The translations under genes and the position numbers were made by a program. DNA of 64,000 nucleotides, from assembly GCA_040218735.1 (NCBI GenBank), contig JAVJQW010000011.1, forward strand, positions 288,001 to 352,000, read 5' to 3'. Each line of letters starts with the position of its first letter. Position 1 is the stretch's first letter. This DNA is from Deltaproteobacteria bacterium (lineage in GTDB: Bacteria > Myxococcota > Kuafuiibacteriia > Kuafuiibacteriales > Kuafuiibacteriaceae). The notes under the pieces were generated by a model. The model had not been told where the DNA came from. It was given only the letters and a program-made list of their open reading frames with translations, and made no database searches. Positions 37,701-45,034 of the stretch are shown here, one piece after another.

Positions 37701-39424
37701 GAGCGTACCGCGACCTGCGCGTCACCGCCCGTGATGATCACCGTGGTGTTCGACCGCAGCGTCCCGAGCACCTCGGTCGGGGAGAAGAAGAACGGCCGAC
37801 TCTTCGACGCCGACGAGTCCTGGTCGTCGAGCGCCTTCACGGCCAACACGTAGCGGAACGGCTGCCCCGCCTCGTCCGGCGCGAGCGCCGGGACGGGGAT
37901 CTCGATCGTCGCTTCGCCGTTGGCGTCGAACGTCGGCGCGGTCGACCAGCTGTCATACGAAGCGCCGCGCGCGTCCGCCGACGAGTAGATGCGCTCCGGG
38001 ATCGACAGGGACCCCTCCGTCGTCGACACACTGCCGTACGTCACCGCGCTCCCCTCCGCGCCGAGGCCCGCGTCGTCGACCCAGGCGGGGGTGTCGAGGA
38101 TCGTCCGCGACAACGTGAAGTCGTACTTGGTGTTCTTCGGCGCGCCGCCCGCGTAGCGCCGCGCGCGAATCGTGGCGCGGATGGTCTCGCCCGGCCGCAC
38201 CGTCTCGCGGTCCGAGCGCACCTCCAGGTAGAACGTCGGCTTCACGTAGTCCTGGATGCGCGCCTCCGCCTGGTACGGGCGGTCGTCGACGGACGCCACG
38301 AACGTGAGCACCCCGGTGTCCTTGCCCGGCGCCTTGATCGTCCCCTCGAACGTGCCGTACGCATCGACGACCGCGGTCGTGGAAGCCGACGCCCCGTCCT
38401 GGCTCGAAACCGTGACCTTCACCCGCCGATTCCTCGGCGCGAACAGCCGCGACAGGAACGAGTCCGGCTGCCGCAGAATCCCGCGGAACGACGCCGTGTG
38501 TCCGGGTTTGTAGATCGGCCGGTCCGTGTAGATGAAGACGTCGGGGCTGATCGCGAGCGTCGAGTAGAAGTCGGTGTCGACAACCGCGAGGTCGTCACCG
38601 ACCTTCGCCAGCGCCACCAGCTTCGGCTCGGTGGTCTCGAGCGTGACCTCGCCGCGTTGGTTCGTCGTCCCGGTCGGGCCGGCGCCCGCGGCGGAGAACA
38701 GGCTCACCTCGGCGCCCGGGCGCGGCTTCTGATCGCGCCCCGCGACGCGCACGAGCACGGAGCCGTCGGTCTGCTTCACCTGCACCGAAAGGTCGCTCAC
38801 GACGACGAGGACCTGCCCCTCGATGTGCCCCTGGACGAGCTGCAGCACGTACAGGCCCGGCTTCATCTGGCCGAGCGTGACCTTGCGCTGCTGGAACCCG
38901 CCGCGCGAGCCCCACCCTTCGAAGCCGGGCACCGAGAACTCGAGCTCCGCGCCGCCGAGCTCCAGGTTCAGCCAACGACGATCGACGAGCTCGGTGTTCG
39001 ACGGGATGTCGACCAGGTGCTTCGGCCCGGAGTCGAGCCGCGCGCCGGTGCGGGAGACGGGCGCGCGCTCCGGCATGTCGACCGCGAGGGCACGACGAAG
39101 CTCGGGGTCGATCGTGGACAACAGATCGCCGCCGGGAGATCGCAGCGCGTTGAGCCCGCGCGAGAGGTAACGCCCCGTGTTGATCTGCAGGGACGGCGCC
39201 TCGTACGCGCGCCGCAAGTTGGCTTGCGCCTGCACGAACTTCTCGACGTTCTTCGGTCTCAGCACCCGCAGCTCGACCGGTGGGTTCCGCGTCTGGAACG
39301 CGATGTCGACGACGACCGGCTCGTCGGTGCCGTACGCACGCGGCACCGTGATGTAGAGCGGCTTCGCGACCGCTTCGTTCGCCGTCAGGAGGGCAAGGAG
39401 CGTGAAGAGGATCGAGCGCTTCAT
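34751..39424 (-). CDS. Alpha-2-macroglobulin family protein with thioester motif
   Basis: FIYTDRPIYKPG, YVKPTF, VVDKAIY, DTAYWNP, YPYGCLEQ, DDVPAGF, PPAAIEDMY.P. Confidence 0.93.
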   Translation of the reverse strand: MKRSILFTLLALLTANEAVAKPLYITVPRAYGTDEPVVVDIAFQTRNPPVELRVLRPKNVEKFVQAQANLRRAYEAPSLQINTGRYLSRGLNALRSPGGDLLSTIDPELRRALAVDMPERAPVSRTGARLDSGPKHLVDIPSNTELVDRRWLNLELGGAELEFSVPGFEGWGSRGGFQQRKVTLGQMKPGLYVLQLVQGHIEGQVLVVVSDLSVQVKQTDGSVLVRVAGRDQKPRPGAEVSLFSAAGAGPTGTTNQRGEVTLETTEPKLVALAKVGDDLAVVDTDFYSTLAISPDVFIYTDRPIYKPGHTASFRGILRQPDSFLSRLFAPRNRRVKVTVSSQDGASASTTAVVDAYGTFEGTIKAPGKDTGVLTFVASVDDRPYQAEARIQDYVKPTFYLEVRSDRETVRPGETIRATIRARRYAGGAPKNTKYDFTLSRTILDTPAWVDDAGLGAEGSAVTYGSVSTTEGSLSIPERIYSSADARGASYDSWSTAPTFDANGEATIEIPVPALAPDEAGQPFRYVLAVKALDDQDSSASKSRPFFFSPTEVLGTLRSNTTVIITGGDAQVAVRSTTPSGKVYASASGRVTFVLEKADGAREEVGKATFTTDLDGVWRGKYPKSGVGRLLAEVELDDADAHTWKGSTSILVAGRDGEPIVQVPVLTTESLGGTMELGDTAEVVALLPNDWGPGGNNRGFVWLTLQGTKIFESKMVEFEGRTLVYAFPIEARFGSAVYASVAYPSRSGRWEERIVPFTIVPKERALRVTIEAMKREAQPLSQQSVEIVVTDHEGRGVESSVSVGVVDKAIYALQREFRPNVLEFFYPIVRNNVTSFYSLDFAGYGYGERIAMLNGFASHTFASIKPPTMEEKEDTAYWNPSVRTGPDGRATVRFRLPGNQTLWTITAVAADDSGRFGESTSEFATRGRVSVVTSVPQFLREGDVATGSVRVAKGDKAKVGSLDVVWSTQGAAKAEQGTPKISLADTTEVVTPIPLASTGLGVVRVETKVRGDELDVSDRKQVPVRRSTVTRTESAERFGGGDLLLSPDEGATVEAVELELLPTSVAVALANLRSLLAYPYGCLEQRVATTIPNVAVYQTLETADAMSTLDPATRALLSEARSRAVRGVAQILDLALPTGGFTWFNGYDTPSVELTLIALDGLAYARTAGLVRTAEPGVTKSLRWLESQTVESPELAAMQTYVLARWGGKRYAPRVRQQLEAGPSGSHHVDALTVLAAHATGVDKEAKDAVAALATKSLEALTTLESERFDGAAYWRFPMRDVGLGALLGHAAFVGGAAPETIRERMRGAVARSLGAATFDRSTFLLHSQWLLKMEAGAAKSKLPKVTVDNGEVAAAVSRGLGSVHGLDAAARRVVIGDFDGVARLTAKVSVPGASAKATSNGMSITKKYFAIGPDGSRTPISSGGEVTVGDEVYVELSFDAQGDESLRGRRSAYYVVTDDVPAGFVVLQEDKAYRGAPYALPLDHESLRRRTFSPERATWFFDEPTWWSRSTRTIGYVMRAQFAGTFVAPPAAIEDMYGPAIQGRSAGASLQVKPRGE

Positions 39425-40944
39425 GAGCCGAACCCTCCCGGCACCAGGCGGTCACCTTGGACCGTCCCCGTGAAGCCGAAGTACGGCAGCCCCTCCAGCT
39501 TGCCGGCGGCGGCACCGACCTCCGCGGGGACGCCCACCTTCTTCTGCCGCTTCTGTTCCTGCATCCACGCGCCGAGGAACAGGTGTTTGGTCAGCCCCCC
39601 GAGGTCCACACCGAGCAGCACCGACGAGGAGGCCTCCAACCCCGCCTTCACCTGCGGTGACGCGTGCGCCAAGGACGGCCCCTTCTTCTTGCACGCCCCC
39701 TGCACCGCGCGCACGGCGTCGGCGGAGGCGGAGAGGACGAGGTGCCCGCAGACCTCTTCGATCGACATCCGGGCGGAGAAGATCGAGCGGAGCTGCTTCT
39801 TGTCCGCGGCGCGCGACCACACGATCGCGAGCTCGTCGGGTTCGTCGACGTGCGGCGTCCACAGGAACGCGACGGTGCGCGGCACGCTCCCCTTCACCGG
39901 CTCCCCTTTGAGCGCCTTCGCCAAGGCCGCCTTGTCGAGCGTGGGCGGCAGATCGATCGACACCGCCAACAGGACCGGCGTCTTCGCGGGGATGGCGTCG
40001 ATCATCGTCGCGGGGAGCTTCGCCGCGACCAACCGCGGGGACTTCACCCCGCCGCGGATGCCGCGCGGCACGACCCGATCACCCTCCAGCCCGAACACGA
40101 GCTTCGGCGCGCCGGTGACCCCGGCGAAGATCAGCAGGCTCTGCACGCCGCGATCGAACTTGTCGTTCGACACCGCGATCTCGAACGCCGCCCCCTCGGT
40201 GCGCTCCATCGGATCCACCTTCGCGCACAACCCGTGCAGCACCGCGTTCGGGTGCCGGCCCACGTAGATCGCGCCCTCGTGTTTCGTCGCGTACACCGCA
40301 CGGTCGGCGATCACGATGCGCGCGATGTTCACCGGCGCGCCCCCACCGCCCGGGCAGCTCGCGGCGGCGAACTGGCCACGCTGGGAGGTCGCCGCGAGCG
40401 CGTCGAGGAGCGCCTGCGCGGTGTCGTCGGCGTTCGGGATGACGATGACCGGCGTGGCGCGCCGGTAGTCGGCGCCGAGCCACAGGATGCGCGCGGGTTG
40501 GTCGAACACCTTCCCGATCGCGGTGTCGAGGAGCGTCCCGGAGAACGTGCTCCCGAGGTCCTCGCCACGTGCGCCGAAGAAGCCGGCCCACGCGCCGACG
40601 AAGCCGCGCCCCAGCGGTGTGTCCATCACTCCGGTGAACCACGCGTTGGTCCGCGCGGCCTGGATGATCTTCGCCGGCTCGAACAGATCGACGACGAGCG
40701 AGACCAGCAGCTGCGGCTCGGACGGGATCGTCATCTGGATCGGCTCCGTCGGGATCCCCGGGATGCCTTCGACCTTCACGCCGGTGGCGTCGACGTGCTC
40801 CGGCGGCGTCCACGGCGCCGGCTCGGTGCCGCCCGTGACGGGGTCCGTCGCGGGCTTCAGCGTCAGCGCGGCGACCGCGATCACCGCAATCACCGCGACG
40901 CCCGCGCCCGCGAGGACGAGGTTCTTCTTGTTCGGCCCGCTCAT
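39421..40944 (-). CDS. Membrane-anchored protein in the YfaA/DUF2138 position of the macroglobulin operon
   Basis: N-terminal TM anchor; ATGA overlaps on both sides. The family call rests mainly on synteny. Confidence 0.55.
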   Translation of the reverse strand: MSGPNKKNLVLAGAGVAVIAVIAVAALTLKPATDPVTGGTEPAPWTPPEHVDATGVKVEGIPGIPTEPIQMTIPSEPQLLVSLVVDLFEPAKIIQAARTNAWFTGVMDTPLGRGFVGAWAGFFGARGEDLGSTFSGTLLDTAIGKVFDQPARILWLGADYRRATPVIVIPNADDTAQALLDALAATSQRGQFAAASCPGGGGAPVNIARIVIADRAVYATKHEGAIYVGRHPNAVLHGLCAKVDPMERTEGAAFEIAVSNDKFDRGVQSLLIFAGVTGAPKLVFGLEGDRVVPRGIRGGVKSPRLVAAKLPATMIDAIPAKTPVLLAVSIDLPPTLDKAALAKALKGEPVKGSVPRTVAFLWTPHVDEPDELAIVWSRAADKKQLRSIFSARMSIEEVCGHLVLSASADAVRAVQGACKKKGPSLAHASPQVKAGLEASSSVLLGVDLGGLTKHLFLGAWMQEQKRQKKVGVPAEVGAAAGKLEGLPYFGFTGTVQGDRLVPGGFGS

Positions 40945-41483
40945 CGCGACCACTCCTCGAATCGGAAGAAACCCAGGAACGCGCCGTTACCGTCGACCGG
41001 GCGCCACTCTTGCGGCGCGCCGTCGACGAGCTCGGCGAGGCGGCCGACGCGAATCGCATCACCGCCGTCCCCGGGGTGGTAGACGACGAGCGTCTCCCCC
41101 GCCGCGGTGCCCTCCGTGCGCACCGCGAGCATCAGGTGATAGGTGCCGTCGCGCTGTCGGAACGCGACGAGGTCGCCGCTCTCGAGCGTGCGCGCGGCGG
41201 CGGCGTCGCGCCCCAGGCGGACGAAGCTGTTCGCGAGCAACGTCTCGGCGTCGGCGAAGGCGATGGGTCGATCGTCGAAGCCCTTCCACAGGCCGTGCTC
41301 GACGCGCTTCGGATCGAAGCGCAGGTACGCGGAGCGGTACACGAAGCGCACGAAACCCGCGCAGTCCCGTTGCGCGGGGTGCCACGCGGGATCGAGCTTC
41401 TTGGTCTGCGCGAGCGCGGTCTCGCTGACCACCGCGCGGAGCATCGGCGACGGCGTCGCCGCGAGCAGCAGCAGCGCGATCAC
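40941..41483 (-). CDS. DUF1175 (YfaT-like), NlpC/P60-like fold
   Basis: QRDCAGFVRF, GDLVAF, YHLML, YHPG, W.P...N..FLGFFRF. GTG 41483 overlaps the upstream stop. Confidence 0.82.
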   Translation of the reverse strand: MIALLLLAATPSPMLRAVVSETALAQTKKLDPAWHPAQRDCAGFVRFVYRSAYLRFDPKRVEHGLWKGFDDRPIAFADAETLLANSFVRLGRDAAAARTLESGDLVAFRQRDGTYHLMLAVRTEGTAAGETLVVYHPGDGGDAIRVGRLAELVDGAPQEWRPVDGNGAFLGFFRFEEWSR

Positions 41484-42355
41484 GACGCGCCCCCTTCCAC
41501 CTTCACGATCGCGGCGCCGAGGTTGTCCGGCCAGCCCTTCCCGCTCGGCGGGCGGTCCTGCCCGGGGCAATAGATCTGCGCGCGGTCGCCGGAGAAGAAG
41601 TTGATCACCGCGAGCACGCGCGTGGTTCCGGGCGTCGCGAGCGGCACGCGTACCTTGCGTCGGATCTCGCGGGGGGTCCCTTCGAACAGCGTGACGTTGA
41701 GCATCGCCTCGGTGTGGGCCTTGTCGCCGCTCGGGTAGTAGTTCGTCGCGACGAAGAACACGCCGGTCGGCGGCGCGCGGTGCACGTAGAGGTACGGGCC
41801 GTAGCCGGGTTGGTCGAAGCCGCCCACGTCGTCGTTGAGGTAGAAGGTCCCGCCCGAGGGGCTCTCGGTGTTCGCCCAGTACACGTGCGCCATCGCGTCG
41901 ACGTCGATCGTGTCGATGCCGCGGGTCACGTCGGTGGGCTCGTAGATGTGGAGGTCGGTCCAGACGCCGTCGGTGTCGCTGGTGAGTATCGTCTTCAGCG
42001 GGACGGACGGGATCTGCGCGTACGTCGTCACCTGGGTCTGGGTGGTGCCGCCGCGGTTCGTCGCGATCGCGGTGATGACGTTCTTGCCGGCGGCCGCGGG
42101 GAAGCTGCGCTGAAACGATCCGTTCCGCGTGCGCACGAAGTAGCGATCGCCGTTGATGCTGAGCGTGATGGGATCGACGGTGTGGTCGGAGACGGTCCCG
42201 GCGACGGTCATCATGCGCCCGGCGGTCCACCCGCCGCGCGGCTGAGTGAGCTCGACCTTGGCCTTCTTCTTCCCCTGGCCGAGGGGCACGCCCATCTCGC
42301 GCGGGGGCGCGGTCGGGGCCTGGGCGAGAGCGAGTACGGCGAGAATCTGAATCAT
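41480..42355 (-). CDS. DUF2135 (YfaP-like) secreted protein
   Basis: LTSDTDGVWTDLHIYEP, PGYGPYLY, TLFEGTPRE. ATG 42355 is followed by a signal peptide. Confidence 0.8.
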   Translation of the reverse strand: MIQILAVLALAQAPTAPPREMGVPLGQGKKKAKVELTQPRGGWTAGRMMTVAGTVSDHTVDPITLSINGDRYFVRTRNGSFQRSFPAAAGKNVITAIATNRGGTTQTQVTTYAQIPSVPLKTILTSDTDGVWTDLHIYEPTDVTRGIDTIDVDAMAHVYWANTESPSGGTFYLNDDVGGFDQPGYGPYLYVHRAPPTGVFFVATNYYPSGDKAHTEAMLNVTLFEGTPREIRRKVRVPLATPGTTRVLAVINFFSGDRAQIYCPGQDRPPSGKGWPDNLGAAIVKVEGGAS

Positions 42356-42464
42356 GGGCACCTTCCCCCTTCGCGAGGGGAACGGGAGCATACCGCCGGA
42401 CCGTTCCCTTGAGAGGGGGGGCCTCGGTTGCGAGCGGGACAGGCGCGCGGTACCCAGCCGTACG

Positions 42465-43514
42465 ATGTCGAACCTGATCCCCGTGCGTGAGGCGCACCGA
42501 TTCGACGAAGAGCGCCTCTACGCGCACCTCCGCGAGCCGCTGGGCCTTTCCCAGACGATGCAGATCGAGCAGTTCGCGGGGGGACAGTCGAACCCGACGT
42601 TCCTGCTCACCTGCGGCGACGCGCGGTACGTGTTACGCAAGAAGCCGCCCGGGAAGCTGCTGCCTTCCGCGCACGCGGTGGAGCGCGAGTACCGGGTGAT
42701 GAAGGCGCTCGCGTCGACCGACGTGCCCGTCCCGAACGCGCGTCTGTTGGTCGAGGACCCGGACGTGATCGGCACGCCGTTCTTCGTGATGGACTACCTG
42801 GAGGGGCGTGTGTTCGCGGACCCTTCGATCCCCGAGGTCTCCGTCGACGAGCGTCGCGCGATGTACGACGCGATGAACGACACCCTCGCACGATTACATC
42901 GAGTAGATTTCGACGCGGTGGGGCTCGGCGACTACGGCAAACCGGCCGGCTACGTGACGCGGCAGATCGCTCGCTGGTCGAAGCAGTACGAGGCGTCGAA
43001 GACCGAGCCGATCGACGCGATGGACCGCTTGATGAAGTGGCTCCCCGAGCAGGCGCCGGCCGAGGACGAGACCACGATCGCGCACGGCGACTTCCGCCCC
43101 GGCAACCTGATGTTCCACCCGACCGAGCCACGCGTGATCGCGGTGCTCGACTGGGAGCTGTCGACGCTCGGCCACCCGCTCGGCGACCTCGCCTACTTCT
43201 GCATGGTCTACCGGCTCCCGCCGTCGAAGCGCGACCTCGCCGGGTTCCTCGGCCTCGACATCGAGCCCCTCGGCATCCCGACGGAGGAGGCGTTCGTCGC
43301 CCAGTACGCCGAACGTACGGGCCGCGCGGGCGTGGCCAACTTCAACTTCTTCATCGCGTTCGCGCTGTTCCGCCTCGCGGCGATCTGCCAGGGCGTCTAC
43401 AAACGCTCCCTCGACGGCAACGCGAGCGACGCGCGCGCCGGGATGTTCGGCGAGATCGCGAAGGCCCTCGCCGGCATGGCGTGGATGACCGCTCGAGGCG
43501 CCGCTGGCTCGTAG
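42465..43514 (+). CDS. Phosphotransferase (APH / ACAD10-11 kinase-like) family protein
   Basis: GGQSNPT, LRKKPPG, AHAVEREY, HGDFRPGN, LDWELSTLG. Confidence 0.92.
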   Translation: MSNLIPVREAHRFDEERLYAHLREPLGLSQTMQIEQFAGGQSNPTFLLTCGDARYVLRKKPPGKLLPSAHAVEREYRVMKALASTDVPVPNARLLVEDPDVIGTPFFVMDYLEGRVFADPSIPEVSVDERRAMYDAMNDTLARLHRVDFDAVGLGDYGKPAGYVTRQIARWSKQYEASKTEPIDAMDRLMKWLPEQAPAEDETTIAHGDFRPGNLMFHPTEPRVIAVLDWELSTLGHPLGDLAYFCMVYRLPPSKRDLAGFLGLDIEPLGIPTEEAFVAQYAERTGRAGVANFNFFIAFALFRLAAICQGVYKRSLDGNASDARAGMFGEIAKALAGMAWMTARGAAGS

Positions 43515-43564
43515 GCCCCCGTAGCCCTCGCCCTTCGGGCAGTCGGGGTACCTCGCGCACACGG

Positions 43565-45022
43565 CTACCTGCCGCGCGTCCTCTTCAGCGTGTCGAGCGC
43601 TTTGAGAATCGGCGCCTCGGTATCGATGAGCTGCTTCGCGGACTTGGCGAGCTCCGCCACCAAGGTCTCGGCGAGGTTCCGGACGAGGCGCTCACGGGTC
43701 GCCTTCTTGTCTGTCATCGTTCGGGGCTCACCGTTGCGATAATACGTAACGGTAATGGGTGGGCCTAACTTTCGGCGAACGTAGTCGTCAACTGTGAGAG
43801 GACCATCTCGATACAGCGCCTTTCTTGCGATGATCTCGAGGAGGAGATCGCGCGCCTGAAGTGCGTCGCGCGCGGCGTTGGCCTTTCGCGCATAGTCCGC
43901 AGACTCGGCAAAGTTCATGCTCGCGCCAGAGAAGGGAGGCACGCCGAGGCAATGGGCCCACATGGCCTTGTACAGCTTACCTTCGAGCATCACGTCCGCG
44001 CGCTTCACCGCGTCCGCGGAGGCGAACATGCTGAACATGCGAAAGATGCTCGATGCCGCAGACATGTTCAACCAGCCGCCGTAGGTTGCGGTCACGAAGT
44101 CCGCGTCATCGAGCTCGCTATTGATGAGTCCGATGTAGAAGTCGGCCAGCTTCCTCATCTCCCGGTGGTTCTCGACCCACGTGCCTCTCCATAGCTTCAC
44201 GAAGTTGACGAGTGGTTCGTGCATCTGCGGTTTCGCCGTACCGGGAGGAAGTGAGCTCACGGCCACGGCGAACGTGGCGGCGCTACGGATCCGCGTGTTG
44301 CGTGTGGCCAGCCGCTTGGCGTCCTTGATGCCTTCGTCGAGCCGTCCCGCGCGTTCGAAGAGATCGAGCCGGAGCTCCGCCGTCAACCGCTGCTGTTCCT
44401 TGGCGACCGCGGTTAGCTGCTTCGTCTGCTTCGCGAGACTCTTCGTCACGCTCGCTTGCTCGGCAGCGACCTTCGCTACCGCGGGCATCCGATGTTGAAG
44501 CATCTGTGCTTGCGCGCTTGGATTCCGCAACGCCGCCGCAAGACCCTCAGTTTTCCTCATCTCCGCGAGCGCAACGTCCGCGAGGCGCTGGCTCGTGTCG
44601 TAGCTCGGAACCTTCTTCGAACTCGCCTTCGCCGGGGCAAGTAGGACGCGATTGACGGCCGCACATCGCAAGTACGAGAAGGCCGCGATCGCGATTTCGC
44701 CGATAGGGTTGAGGACGAAGAGAGCGCTCATCAGGATGTCGCCGACGGTCGGGGGCGGCTGAACGAGGCTGAGCTGGAGTTCCTTGAGTCGCTCTAGGAT
44801 CGCGGTGTCCGCCAGATCACCCAAGATGTTGGCCATGTCACTTGTGAAGTCTGCCGAGTTCTTGGTCTGCTCTCCGAGGAAACGCACGAGCGCCTTCGCT
44901 TCGGGTACCGAGATCGGCTTTCCGCCGACTCGTTCCAGCGGGCTCCTCTTCGAATCAGCGACAGGGTCGAATTCGATGACGTCAGTGAGGAGTCCCAGGA
45001 CTCTGATCATCTCGGGTGTCAT
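43565..45022 (-). CDS. Hypothetical all-helical protein with a hydrophobic hairpin and coiled coil (island gene 3)
   Basis: 485-aa ORF with lower GC; hydrophobic segment VGDILMSALFVLNPIGEIAIAAFSYL; no family recognised. Confidence 0.7.
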   Translation of the reverse strand: MTPEMIRVLGLLTDVIEFDPVADSKRSPLERVGGKPISVPEAKALVRFLGEQTKNSADFTSDMANILGDLADTAILERLKELQLSLVQPPPTVGDILMSALFVLNPIGEIAIAAFSYLRCAAVNRVLLAPAKASSKKVPSYDTSQRLADVALAEMRKTEGLAAALRNPSAQAQMLQHRMPAVAKVAAEQASVTKSLAKQTKQLTAVAKEQQRLTAELRLDLFERAGRLDEGIKDAKRLATRNTRIRSAATFAVAVSSLPPGTAKPQMHEPLVNFVKLWRGTWVENHREMRKLADFYIGLINSELDDADFVTATYGGWLNMSAASSIFRMFSMFASADAVKRADVMLEGKLYKAMWAHCLGVPPFSGASMNFAESADYARKANAARDALQARDLLLEIIARKALYRDGPLTVDDYVRRKLGPPITVTYYRNGEPRTMTDKKATRERLVRNLAETLVAELAKSAKQLIDTEAPILKALDTLKRTRGR

Positions 45023-45034
45023 CTGTTGCCACCG

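Noticed and set aside
41484-42527. N-terminal extension of the 528-aa ORF containing DUF1175
   Set aside because: Out-of-frame overlap with the DUF2135 gene; the real start is the GTGA-coupled GTG at 41483.
43520-43562. Minus-strand CARYPDCPK, resembling a topoisomerase zinc-ribbon remnant at the island border
   Set aside because: Only about 9 residues with no supporting ORF; cannot be distinguished from chance.
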